DNA of 24,000 nt from Candidatus Heimdallarchaeota archaeon (GTDB taxonomy: Archaea; Asgardarchaeota; Heimdallarchaeia; Heimdallarchaeales; Heimdallarchaeaceae). A program made the position numbers and the translations under genes. Below are positions 1 to 8,465 of the stretch, one piece after another. Every line of letters starts with the position of its first letter. Position 1 is the stretch's first letter. The stretch covers positions 1 to 24,000 of the forward strand of contig DAOVER010000010.1 of the NCBI GenBank assembly GCA_030668875.1, given 5' to 3'. The notes under the pieces were generated by a model, which worked only from the letters and a program-made list of their open reading frames with translations, searched no databases and had not been told where the DNA came from.

Positions 1-1004
1 TGTTAACTCAACTAAGATCGGTTACACTTTTGGGCAGGATATCTTTGGGAGATTGGTTCATAAATCTTTCACCTGGAGTTTGGAGGTTGATTCCTTGATG
101 AGGGCGGAAGAAGTTGTAATAGTCCTTATAGCGCCGGAGGTCAGCGTTACAATAAGCTAATCCCAGTCGCTTCAGCTCTCTGACAGTCGTCCCATGCTGA
201 CGCTCGACCTTCCCACAAGTCTCAGGGTGGAAGACACGGCTGCGGATATGTTTAATCCCTTCCTGAGCGAGCACACGGGTGAAGGTACTTGTCCCTCCCC
301 GCATAGAGTGGAACTGTGCGCCATTATCGGTTAGTACTTGCTGAGGACGGCCAAAGCTTTGGAAGCAGTGGTGTAACCTTGTCAAGATCTCTTGTTGACT
401 GATAGGGTGGGTGTAGAGTCTACTCTCCAGCAGGAAGCGGGAGTGGTCATCTATAACCGTCAAGAGGTAAAGGTGTTGTCCTTGCTCTTCCACCCAGAAG
501 GGACCTTTGATATCCAGTTGCCAGAGGTCATTAGGATGAGGTCGTTCGAATCTCTTTCTCGCCTTCTTCTCGTACGGGTTCTTTCTCCAAGGCTGTTCTC
601 CTTCTTGTTGGAGAGTCTTCCCGATGGTGGTGTGGGAGAGCACTAACCCTTTCCTCTTGAACCATTGCTCAGTCTGCATGATGTTCAAGCCATAGGCTCT
701 CCTGAGCTTGATAATCTTCTCCCTTATCTGGGGAGTGACCTTCCTCCTTATTCTCCTTGGTCGTCGAGAGCGTTCTTCCCACCATTCTCCTTCAGAATTT
801 TCACTATGCCGTCTAATCCACTTGTAGACGAATTTCCTTGATACCATGTGTTGTCTTGCTATGTGGGTGATTGGTATTCTTTTCAAAGCCTTTTTAACTA
901 CGCGTTTCCTTATAAGCATCGGGTTACTGTTTGGGTTCATGTTTGGTCACATGCCCACGGTAACCCCTCTTATTTAATTGTTACCAATGTGGGTGGAGTT
1001 AACA
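1..1004 (-). mobile_element. IS481-like insertion sequence, apparently complete, with imperfect terminal inverted repeats
   Basis: Left end TGTTAACTCAACTAAGATCGGTTACACTT matches the reverse complement of the right end (TGTTAACTCCACCCACATTGGTAACAATT, ending at 1004) at 22 of 29 positions, starting with TGT. The ends flank a single DDE transposase ORF. Confidence 0.85.
8..940 (-). CDS. IS481-like DDE transposase (N-terminal HTH plus rve integrase core)
   Basis: 310 aa. HTH region (IPITHIARQHMVSRKFVYKWIRRH) and DDE motifs LWQLDIKGPF / LTDNGAQFHS / FHPETCGKVERQHGT. Confidence 0.9.
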   Translation of the reverse strand: MNPNSNPMLIRKRVVKKALKRIPITHIARQHMVSRKFVYKWIRRHSENSEGEWWEERSRRPRRIRRKVTPQIREKIIKLRRAYGLNIMQTEQWFKRKGLVLSHTTIGKTLQQEGEQPWRKNPYEKKARKRFERPHPNDLWQLDIKGPFWVEEQGQHLYLLTVIDDHSRFLLESRLYTHPISQQEILTRLHHCFQSFGRPQQVLTDNGAQFHSMRGGTSTFTRVLAQEGIKHIRSRVFHPETCGKVERQHGTTVRELKRLGLAYCNADLRRYKDYYNFFRPHQGINLQTPGERFMNQSPKDILPKSVTDLS

Positions 1005-1036
1005 AACAAAATTTCAAGTAAAAAGATTTAATGTAG

Positions 1037-1681
1037 TCAGTTTTCTTCTCTATAATTGTGCTTGATTATGTCTTGAACTATCTTTGAAGTTGACTTTCCA
1101 AATACGTGCTCTTTGAGTCTTATAATCTTGACATGGGAGAATCCTCGTTCATTCAATTTTTTGTAAAGATCTTTTTCATCGTGTTTTTGATCAAAGCCCA
1201 AAGCAATGACGTCGGGTTGGATAGATTCTACTGTTTCAAAGAAATCTGTTTCGCTGCCTTCTATTGCTACATCCACCTCTCTTAAGTGACGAACTAATTC
1301 AACCCTATCTTTTTGAGAATTAGTTGGAAGGTGTTTTTTTAACTTTTGTACTGTTTTATCAGTTGCAATAACAATTACTAACACATCCCCTAGCATTCGA
1401 GCCTGTTCCAAAGTAAAAATATGACCAGTATGTATAATATCAAAAGTTCCACCAGTCATTATAACAGTAATTTTCTTCCTTCCCAATTCAGTCAAATGGA
1501 AGTGATGATTATTACTTTCAATTACAGTACCATTATCTACCATATTTAGTAGATATGCCTTAATGTTATCTTGCGAGAGCTCTACCTGCCTAGAGAGAGT
1601 TGGAATTGTTGAAAAAATTTTATGCAAATTGTTAGAATATATTTTCTTTAGTAGAATGTAATTTAATGACTCAACCATCAT
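1037..1681 (-). CDS. ribL: Archaeal FAD synthetase, RibL-like nucleotidyltransferase, with an extra N-terminal winged-helix-like region
   Basis: TGGTFDIIHTGHIFTLEQARMLGD (HxGH) and LGFDQKHDEKDLYKKLNERG motifs; 4-nt ATGA overlap with the upstream riboflavin kinase gene. Confidence 0.8.
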   Translation of the reverse strand: MMVESLNYILLKKIYSNNLHKIFSTIPTLSRQVELSQDNIKAYLLNMVDNGTVIESNNHHFHLTELGRKKITVIMTGGTFDIIHTGHIFTLEQARMLGDVLVIVIATDKTVQKLKKHLPTNSQKDRVELVRHLREVDVAIEGSETDFFETVESIQPDVIALGFDQKHDEKDLYKKLNERGFSHVKIIRLKEHVFGKSTSKIVQDIIKHNYREEN

Positions 1682-2397
1682 TTATCATACTCACTAGTTT
1701 GATTCAGCAAATAATTGATTGTAAGTTCTGAACCATCTTCTAAATTTAAAGCCTCTCTAAGGTTTACATCACTAATCAATTCAAGAACATTACTCCCATA
1801 ATGTGAACGTCTTGGGACAATAGCTGCTACCCTAGCTGTTAAACTTGGAATTTTTACTTCATAACACAGGACGTCACCATATTGCCTACCACCTTCCTCA
1901 AAACCAGGAATAATGACAGGCCAAGAACCTCGAATCAAATCTAATCTGTCAACATCAACCGGTGGAATTCTAAGGTTTAAAGTACCATGAAAAGGTTTGA
2001 ATCCAAGCTTTTTTACAAATGAATCCATATAAGAGGAACGAGAGATGTAGTATTTGCCTTCTCCGAGCCCTGAAAAAACAGATCCATGGATAGTGATAAT
2101 GTTTAGGTCAGGATAAAGAGCTCTCTCAAGTTCAAAACGTAGTTGGTGCAAGATATCTAAACCTAATGGGTTGAGTTGAACAAAAGAACCTTTACGGGTA
2201 GAACGCCAAGAAACAAGTCCTAATTCTTTACTTAATCTAATCAAGCATCGAGAGGCGGTCTGTTGGGAGGTTTTGAAGAAGTCTGCGATCTGAGAAGTAG
2301 TGATGCTAATTTCCTTCTCATTTGCACGAAGCTGAGCAAAATAGATAAGGAGATTGAGTTCTCGACTGGAAAGGTCAAAGATTTTCATTAGCATCAC
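1678..2397 (-). CDS. ribK: CTP-dependent riboflavin kinase with N-terminal winged helix-turn-helix
   Basis: HTH (ISITTSQIADFFKTSQQTASRCLIRLSKELGLV) followed by VFSGLGEGKYYISRSSYMDSFVKKLGFKPFHGTLNLRI and GRQYGDVLCYEVKI, characteristic of archaeal RibK. Confidence 0.88.
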   Translation of the reverse strand: MMLMKIFDLSSRELNLLIYFAQLRANEKEISITTSQIADFFKTSQQTASRCLIRLSKELGLVSWRSTRKGSFVQLNPLGLDILHQLRFELERALYPDLNIITIHGSVFSGLGEGKYYISRSSYMDSFVKKLGFKPFHGTLNLRIPPVDVDRLDLIRGSWPVIIPGFEEGGRQYGDVLCYEVKIPSLTARVAAIVPRRSHYGSNVLELISDVNLREALNLEDGSELTINYLLNQTSEYDK

Positions 2398-2498
2398 GTA
2401 AATGGGTAACGATAATCACAAATGACAACTAATACTTAAGCATTTCAATTTAAGCAAAAAAAGTATAGTAATATATACGTGTAATGTAAAAATAGCTT

Positions 2499-3071
2499 AT
2501 GAGTGATGAAATTACAATAGTTGAAGAGTGGACTAGAGTAAAAGTACCAAATCCGCCAGTTTTACAAGAAGTAAAAATCAATCCCAAAGAAACAGCTCTG
2601 CTTGTATTAGACGTGCAAAAATCAAATTGTAGTAAGGAAAGAAGACCAAGATGCGTAAAGACATTGTACAAAATCCAAACAATTTTGGAAAAAGCAAGAG
2701 AAAGAGAGATGACAGTGATTTTTACCCTAACCAGCGCAGCAAGCAAAGCGGATATGAGGAGAGAGATCTTACCTAAGAAAGGAGAACAAATAATCAAAGC
2801 AGGTGTTGACAAATTCTTCAATACAGAGTTAGAGAAGTTGCTAAAGGAGAAAAAGACCAAGGCTGTAATAATTGTGGGGACATCAGCAAGCGGAGCAGTA
2901 CTTAGCACGGCTATTGGATCAGCTGTAAGAAAATTAGTAACAGTGATTCCCATAGATGCGATATCAGCGACGTATCCATATGAAGAACAATATTCAGTGT
3001 GGCATTTAGCAAACTCTCCAGGAACAAGAAGAAGCACTATACTAACAAAAATAAATATGATAACAATCTAA
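2499..3071 (+). CDS. Isochorismatase-fold hydrolase-like protein, probable loss of nucleophilic Cys
   Basis: ALLVLDVQ motif with catalytic-type Asp, Lys in AGVDKFFNTELEKLLK, then VIIVGTSASGAVLSTAIGSA where Ala sits at the usual Cys position. Confidence 0.65.
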   Translation: MSDEITIVEEWTRVKVPNPPVLQEVKINPKETALLVLDVQKSNCSKERRPRCVKTLYKIQTILEKAREREMTVIFTLTSAASKADMRREILPKKGEQIIKAGVDKFFNTELEKLLKEKKTKAVIIVGTSASGAVLSTAIGSAVRKLVTVIPIDAISATYPYEEQYSVWHLANSPGTRRSTILTKINMITI

Positions 3072-3150
3072 TTAAAAAATAGATTAAAAACGAAACTTTT
3101 ATTAAAAGAGCTTAATGAGAGAACATCGTGAGTAAGATATTCTAACTCAT

Positions 3151-3261
3151 GGGCTAGTGGCTCAGCTAGGTAGAGCAGCAGGCTTTTAATACAGCTAGAA
3201 GCGTTCTAGAGCTGTAATTGACACCTGACGGTCCCCGGTTCAAATCCGGGCTAGCTCGCCA
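3151..3261 (+). tRNA. tRNA-Lys(TTT) with a ~34-nt intron in the anticodon loop and encoded CCA
   Basis: Acceptor stem GGGCTAG/CTAGCTC, D stem GCTC/GAGC, anticodon loop CTTTTA with intron 3189..3222, 3' strand of anticodon stem CCTGA, T arm CCCGG-TTCAAAT-CCGGG, discriminator G and CCA at 3259..3261. Confidence 0.88.
3189..3222 (+). other. Predicted tRNA intron after position 37 (hairpin-forming)
   Basis: Sequence atacagctagaagcgttctagagctgtaattgac. The core CTAGAA-GCG-TTCTAG is a perfect 6-bp hairpin extended by ACAG/CTGT; removal restores a 7-nt anticodon loop. Exact splice sites are inferred. Confidence 0.75.
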
Positions 3262-3287
3262 ATCATATACTTTTACAAAATTTTATA

Positions 3288-4070
3288 ATGGTTGTTTTTG
3301 TATTTTTCTCAATGAAGAAAACCTTCCTTAATCATGCTACTCTTTCATCTTATATTAATAGAGTTTCAATCTCTGGTGGAGATTATAGTTCCTTTCCAAA
3401 GGTAGTTCAGAAGTATTTTGAGCATATTTTTCCTGAAACATTTGAACAGATTTTCTTTGCTAAACTTGCTCATTCTGGTGAATTCAGAACTGGAGCTTCT
3501 CAACCTTGGTTTCCTATCAAAGGTTTGTATTATTACTTAGGTGATATCCCAGCTTTTTACTGGGAAGGAAAAATTAAACCTTTGCCGTTCCTTTCCATTA
3601 AAGCTAGAGATTTTTATTATAAGGGAATAGGTGAAGTTCGTATTAGATTAAATTCCATTATTCCTATGGGTACAAGCAGAGGACCTGAATGTAACTCAGC
3701 TTCTCTACTCCGTTATCTTTCTGAGATGCCTTTGATACCTACAGCTTTTCTTACTTTACAAAACATCACTTGGCACGAGATAGATTCTTCTTCTGTTCAA
3801 ATCACTATTCGAGATAAAGGTCTTGAAGAGAAAGGTATTTTCACTTTTAACGACAAAGGAGAAATAATCAAATTTGAAGCTGAACAAAGAGCGCGAGGTG
3901 TCAAAAAAGGTTTTTCAATGGATAGGTGGAGTGGGTATTTTAGCAACTATAAGGAATACAATGGGTTCAAAGTTCCAACTGAATTCATTGCTGAATGGAA
4001 TCTTCCTAAAGGCAATCTTGAATATGCTAAATTCAAGGTTGATACTCTTGAGTACAACAAATTATCATAA
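3288..4070 (+). CDS. DUF6544-like protein of unknown function
   Basis: Intact 260-aa ORF. Motifs recalled for the family: FRTGASQPWFPIKGLYYYLGDIPAFYWEGKI, EMPLIPTAFL, W..YF..Y....GFKVPTEFIAEWNL. The start may be the internal Met (MKKTFLNHATL). Confidence 0.6.
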   Translation: MVVFVFFSMKKTFLNHATLSSYINRVSISGGDYSSFPKVVQKYFEHIFPETFEQIFFAKLAHSGEFRTGASQPWFPIKGLYYYLGDIPAFYWEGKIKPLPFLSIKARDFYYKGIGEVRIRLNSIIPMGTSRGPECNSASLLRYLSEMPLIPTAFLTLQNITWHEIDSSSVQITIRDKGLEEKGIFTFNDKGEIIKFEAEQRARGVKKGFSMDRWSGYFSNYKEYNGFKVPTEFIAEWNLPKGNLEYAKFKVDTLEYNKLS

Positions 4071-4148
4071 CTAGTCTTCTTTACATTACTCTTCGAACCT
4101 TTTCTCTATTATAACGGATTATTTTTATTCCCCTTCTCTTTCCCTACT

Positions 4149-6077
4149 TTGAATAAGTGGTTTGACGTTCAGATGAGATTCTTTCAGCCGATTAGACAAA
4201 TTGGATATGCACGAACGCTAGCTGAAACAAGGACTCATATTCCGCTATCACCGGGCATGATAGCAATTAATCAGCCAGAGATAACTGAAGGTTATGCTGC
4301 TGTTTTTGATGTGTCTTTTCCACCTAAATTTGATGATGTGAAAAAAACAGAATATAACTTAAATTGGATACTTCCAGAAGACAAAATGGATAAGTATCAT
4401 TCAACCAAATTTCAACTGACAGAACAACCCTTCTACCCTCCCTTTGCAGATGAGAGTTTTATTGTCAATGACTTTGAGAATTATTTGGATGAGTTCCTAT
4501 CTTCTTCAAAGTTGGAAACAGCAATATTCACTTTGCCTATTTCTCAAATTAATAACCCCCGCATTAAGGGAATCATGGAGACTGAGTGTTCGTTATACAT
4601 TCTATCTGGATTAACCTCATTATTTAGCAATCAACGACGTATAACAGAAACACTGGTGCAATTGAGAGAAATGTTATCTCCAGATATCGCACTATACGCT
4701 CCTGGTCCCATATCACCTTCACTTTATTCATTCCTAGTCTATATGGGCATAGATTTCTTCGATAATTCTATTGCATATTATGTATCAAAAAATGGTTATT
4801 TTCTTACAGAAAATCAAGTTTACAGACAATCTATTCATCCAAAATGTTATTGTCCTCATTGTAATGCTCTAGAACCCAGTCTGTTCAAACACAATGAGAT
4901 GGTGATTAAGAATACACTTTCTCAAATAAGATATTCAATTAAAAGAGGTATTTTTCGATCACAAGTCGAGAGAGAGGTTCATAATAATGTGAGTTTTGCA
5001 GCAGCTCTCAAAAGAGTCGATACCCATTTCAACAAAAATCTTCGAATAAGAACCCCATTGATATCATCTTCTCCCGTCAGATGTATAGGGGAAGAATCAT
5101 TTGACCGACCTTTAATAACAGAATTTAGAGAAAGAGTGCGAGAGAGGTATAAACCAGATCCCAGATCGAATTTGGTTATACTATTGCCTTGTTCAGCAAG
5201 GAAACCTTATTCTTTTTCTAGAACTCACAAATTTTTCCATAAGGCCATGAGACAAGCAGGAAAGGGTGTATTCAATTCCCTAACTGAATTAATCATAACA
5301 TCTCCATTATCTGTAGTTCCACGCGAACTAGAAGATATTTATCCAGTAAAATATTATGATATTCCTGTTTCAGGAGGGTGGTCTGAAAAGGAAATTGAAG
5401 TTACAGCTGAACTTCTAAATGATGTTCTATCACATTTTCCAAAGGACACCGTAATCGTAAATCACACTCACGGAGGAGGGTACGAGGACATCGTGGAAAA
5501 AATCAGAACAGTTTCATCTTTTTATATTATGGATACAGCAAAAGATGCAAGTCCAACAAGTGAAAAATCTCTCCAACAATTAACTGACACTTTAATAGAA
5601 ATCCAACAAGCAAAAGAAGCAGACGAACAAAAAGGAATCTCAAGCAAAATAAGAAAAATACAATCTGTTGCAGATTTTGAGTATGGGCTAGGATCGGGAA
5701 AAATTTTATTCCCATATTCAGTAAAAATTAAGGGAAAATATCCACGCGACCAACAAATCTACAAGGATAAAGAACACATAGCAACTTATGTTACAAAGAG
5801 TGGGTATTTATCTCTCTTTCCTAAATATGCTAATTTGATTTTAGACAAAACTGAAAATACACTTGAATTTGGAGCAGAACGAGTTTCCGGGAGTAATATC
5901 TACGCCCCAGGTGTTGTTCATGCAAACAAACGAATTCTACCAAACGATGAAATTTTCATAATTCATGAAAATCAAATAATAGCCACAGCAACTGCTCTTG
6001 TTTCTGGAAGCGATATGAACAAAATGACTTCAGGGATTGTTGCAGAAGTTAAGAAGAAAGTGAGGAGTAAAAAATGA
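4149..6077 (+). CDS. arcS: Archaeosine synthase subunit alpha (ArcS/TgtA2-like), with C-terminal PUA domain
   Basis: 642 aa containing the signature LLPCSARKPYSFSRTHKFF and a PUA-like C-terminus (LEFGAERVSGSNIYAPGVVHANKRILPNDEIFIIH). ATGA overlap with the radical SAM partner. Confidence 0.88.
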   Translation: MNKWFDVQMRFFQPIRQIGYARTLAETRTHIPLSPGMIAINQPEITEGYAAVFDVSFPPKFDDVKKTEYNLNWILPEDKMDKYHSTKFQLTEQPFYPPFADESFIVNDFENYLDEFLSSSKLETAIFTLPISQINNPRIKGIMETECSLYILSGLTSLFSNQRRITETLVQLREMLSPDIALYAPGPISPSLYSFLVYMGIDFFDNSIAYYVSKNGYFLTENQVYRQSIHPKCYCPHCNALEPSLFKHNEMVIKNTLSQIRYSIKRGIFRSQVEREVHNNVSFAAALKRVDTHFNKNLRIRTPLISSSPVRCIGEESFDRPLITEFRERVRERYKPDPRSNLVILLPCSARKPYSFSRTHKFFHKAMRQAGKGVFNSLTELIITSPLSVVPRELEDIYPVKYYDIPVSGGWSEKEIEVTAELLNDVLSHFPKDTVIVNHTHGGGYEDIVEKIRTVSSFYIMDTAKDASPTSEKSLQQLTDTLIEIQQAKEADEQKGISSKIRKIQSVADFEYGLGSGKILFPYSVKIKGKYPRDQQIYKDKEHIATYVTKSGYLSLFPKYANLILDKTENTLEFGAERVSGSNIYAPGVVHANKRILPNDEIFIIHENQIIATATALVSGSDMNKMTSGIVAEVKKKVRSKK

Positions 6078-7147
6078 AAATTAACAAAAACTTTGCTGAG
6101 AGAATCAAGCAAATTAGAGAAGCAGAACTTCCCTCAAGAGCTAATTCACGAAAAGTAGTTTTCTGGGAAGAAGATACTCGTCTTCTATCGGGGCAAGGAA
6201 AAGCTTTAGTTTTCATACTCCCAACAAGAGGATGCTCATGGGCACTATCAGGAAGTGGTGGTTGTTCGATTTGTGGGTATATTTATGATAATCCTCAACA
6301 ACCTGATTTTGAGATTATTCTATCATCATTTCAAAAGATTTTGAGGAACAAACTAAATAAAGAATTCACATATTCGGTGAAGATTTTTACAAGTGGAAGT
6401 TTTCTTGATACAAAAGAAGTTCCAGAAGAGTTTCAACTTAAAATGCTTGAAGAGCTATCTCAGTATGAAGTAATTAAAGAGGTGGTGATTGAATCTAGAC
6501 CTGAATACATTAAAGATTCATCACTCAAAAACATATCAAAGAAAATTGATATGTCCATACTAGAAATAGCAATTGGATTGGAAAGCTCAAACAATTCTAT
6601 CCTTATGAATTCTATAAACAAAGGTTTCTTCTGGGAGGATTTTGAAAAAGCAGCCAATACAATAAAAGAAAATGGTGCGCGCGTCAAGGCATATTTATTA
6701 TTTAAACCTCCTTTCGTTTCTGAATATGATTCAATTCGAGATATCCTGTTAAGCGCAACAAAGATAGTTTCCTTAGGTATTGATACTATATCGATTAATG
6801 CTATAAGCATTCATCGCGGAACATTTCTTTCACAACTCTTCGAAAAGAACGAATACAGAACACCTTGGTTATGGTCTCTTCTTCACTTAAGTAGAGAGAT
6901 TAAGGAAAAATATCCAGATCTAAGATTAATTTGTGATATTGTTGCAGGTGGCAATGTAAGAGGAGCTCACAATTGTGGTGACTGTGATCAGGATGTTATC
7001 AATGCGATAAAAGAGTTTACGATGTCACAAGATATAGGAGTATTAAACAAAGAGATTAGTTGTTCATGTAAAACTGAATGGAAAAGCAACCTCATACATG
7101 AGAAAATCAGCATTTCTGAACCAGTAATTCAAAGAAATGTTCTATGA
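6074..7147 (+). CDS. Archaeosine biosynthesis radical SAM protein RaSEA
   Basis: PTRGCSWALSGSGGCSICGY cluster motif, GLESSNNSILMNSINKGF, and RGAHNCGDCDQDVINAI; translationally coupled to arcS. Confidence 0.88.
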   Translation: MKINKNFAERIKQIREAELPSRANSRKVVFWEEDTRLLSGQGKALVFILPTRGCSWALSGSGGCSICGYIYDNPQQPDFEIILSSFQKILRNKLNKEFTYSVKIFTSGSFLDTKEVPEEFQLKMLEELSQYEVIKEVVIESRPEYIKDSSLKNISKKIDMSILEIAIGLESSNNSILMNSINKGFFWEDFEKAANTIKENGARVKAYLLFKPPFVSEYDSIRDILLSATKIVSLGIDTISINAISIHRGTFLSQLFEKNEYRTPWLWSLLHLSREIKEKYPDLRLICDIVAGGNVRGAHNCGDCDQDVINAIKEFTMSQDIGVLNKEISCSCKTEWKSNLIHEKISISEPVIQRNVL

Positions 7148-7157
7148 AAACTGAAGA

Positions 7158-8162
7158 TTAATCTTTTGATGTTTTGTAGTCTATAACGACATCCTTGATT
7201 CTCTTTGCAACTCTCTCAAAAACTGGACTCATTAATACAGCATCTACATTCCTTTTGGCTATAGCGTAGAAGAAGTTGCTTTCATTGAGTAGAACAAATA
7301 CTATCTGATATGATTCCGTTACATCTATAGATTTCTCTAAACTCTCATCATTCAACATCTCCAATATATCAGAGAGAAATTTTTCACAAATCTTTAGAGT
7401 TTTATTTACAAAGCCCTCATCTAGTTTCCCATTCTGATAGAAAAGCGCAGTGTTTTTACCATCATGCTCAACAAAAACAAGGTGTTCAATCCCACTGATG
7501 GAATTTAAGATATTGAATGTTACAGCGTTCAATTTTTGCACTTTAGAAGATTCACTTTCCTCTTTAGTTTTCTTTTTTCCTTTTGAAGCTATTTTCTTAG
7601 TAGCTTCTTGCTCATCTATTTTCTCTCCTATAATTTGCGGCAGAAAAGCAATCTCATCATAGTTGATAGAACTATCTACTAACTCAATTTCTAATGAAAC
7701 AGCTTCTTTTTCCTGTTCTTTGCGCTTTTGGAAAGAAACCACATCACCAAATATTTCCTCTACGGTTTGATTAAAAACAGCTGATGCACCTGAAAAAACG
7801 CTTTGAGGATCCCCACTATAAAATTTTGTTTTAGACTTCTCCACGAATACTTCTGATAGCTGTTCAATTAATGTTTCAGCAATCAATTTATCAGGCAAAT
7901 TATGATTCAAAACATAAGTAATATCTTGAATTTTAATAAAAGATATTTTAGACTTTGTGAGTTCTATTGTTCCTTTATTAGAAATTTGAGTATCCTCCGC
8001 AAATGTGCAAAAAGCTTTGAGAACATTTGATAAAATCTGTTGAGGACAATTGTCGGGGTTAAACACATTCTCCTTTAATATCTTACCTTCTTTATCTCCT
8101 AAAAAGAATCCAAAGATTAGGTTAGAATATTCTGAAAGAGTTTGAGTTATATTTCCTGTCAC
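7158..8162 (-). CDS. Hypothetical protein, possibly two small alpha/beta (longin/roadblock-like) domains joined by a charged linker
   Basis: Intact 334-aa ORF convergent with RaSEA. Domain suggestion rests only on the pattern of the N- and C-terminal regions flanking a Lys/Glu-rich linker. Confidence 0.7.
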   Translation of the reverse strand: MTGNITQTLSEYSNLIFGFFLGDKEGKILKENVFNPDNCPQQILSNVLKAFCTFAEDTQISNKGTIELTKSKISFIKIQDITYVLNHNLPDKLIAETLIEQLSEVFVEKSKTKFYSGDPQSVFSGASAVFNQTVEEIFGDVVSFQKRKEQEKEAVSLEIELVDSSINYDEIAFLPQIIGEKIDEQEATKKIASKGKKKTKEESESSKVQKLNAVTFNILNSISGIEHLVFVEHDGKNTALFYQNGKLDEGFVNKTLKICEKFLSDILEMLNDESLEKSIDVTESYQIVFVLLNESNFFYAIAKRNVDAVLMSPVFERVAKRIKDVVIDYKTSKD

Positions 8163-8465
8163 TTAAATCTCCTTGACAAAAGTATAATTATGTTCATTCA
8201 TAAATATTATTGGTTTAGGCTAATGGTGATATTGAAAATTGTTATAAAATACCAAGTAATGCTCTTCATAACATCATTCTACAATCATTTCACACTCATA
8301 AAAAGTTAGTTTAATTTAGGAATTCTATGCGGAATGAATTTAAATAAATGGTACTAATACTAATTACCAAAAACGATGCACTTACTAAAAACGTAATATG
8401 GTTTGTAGAAAATAAGCAAATGAGATGTTAATAGGATAAATACTGCACGTGGAGTGATATCATAG

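Noticed and set aside
392-646. Plus-strand 84-aa ORF inside the IS
   Set aside because: Antisense to the transposase; no motif.
2450-3037. 195-aa minus-strand ORF
   Set aside because: Fully antisense to the isochorismatase-fold gene on the + strand, which has recognisable motifs; composition looks like a shadow ORF.
5527-5715. 62-aa minus-strand ORF
   Set aside because: Antisense to arcS, low complexity.
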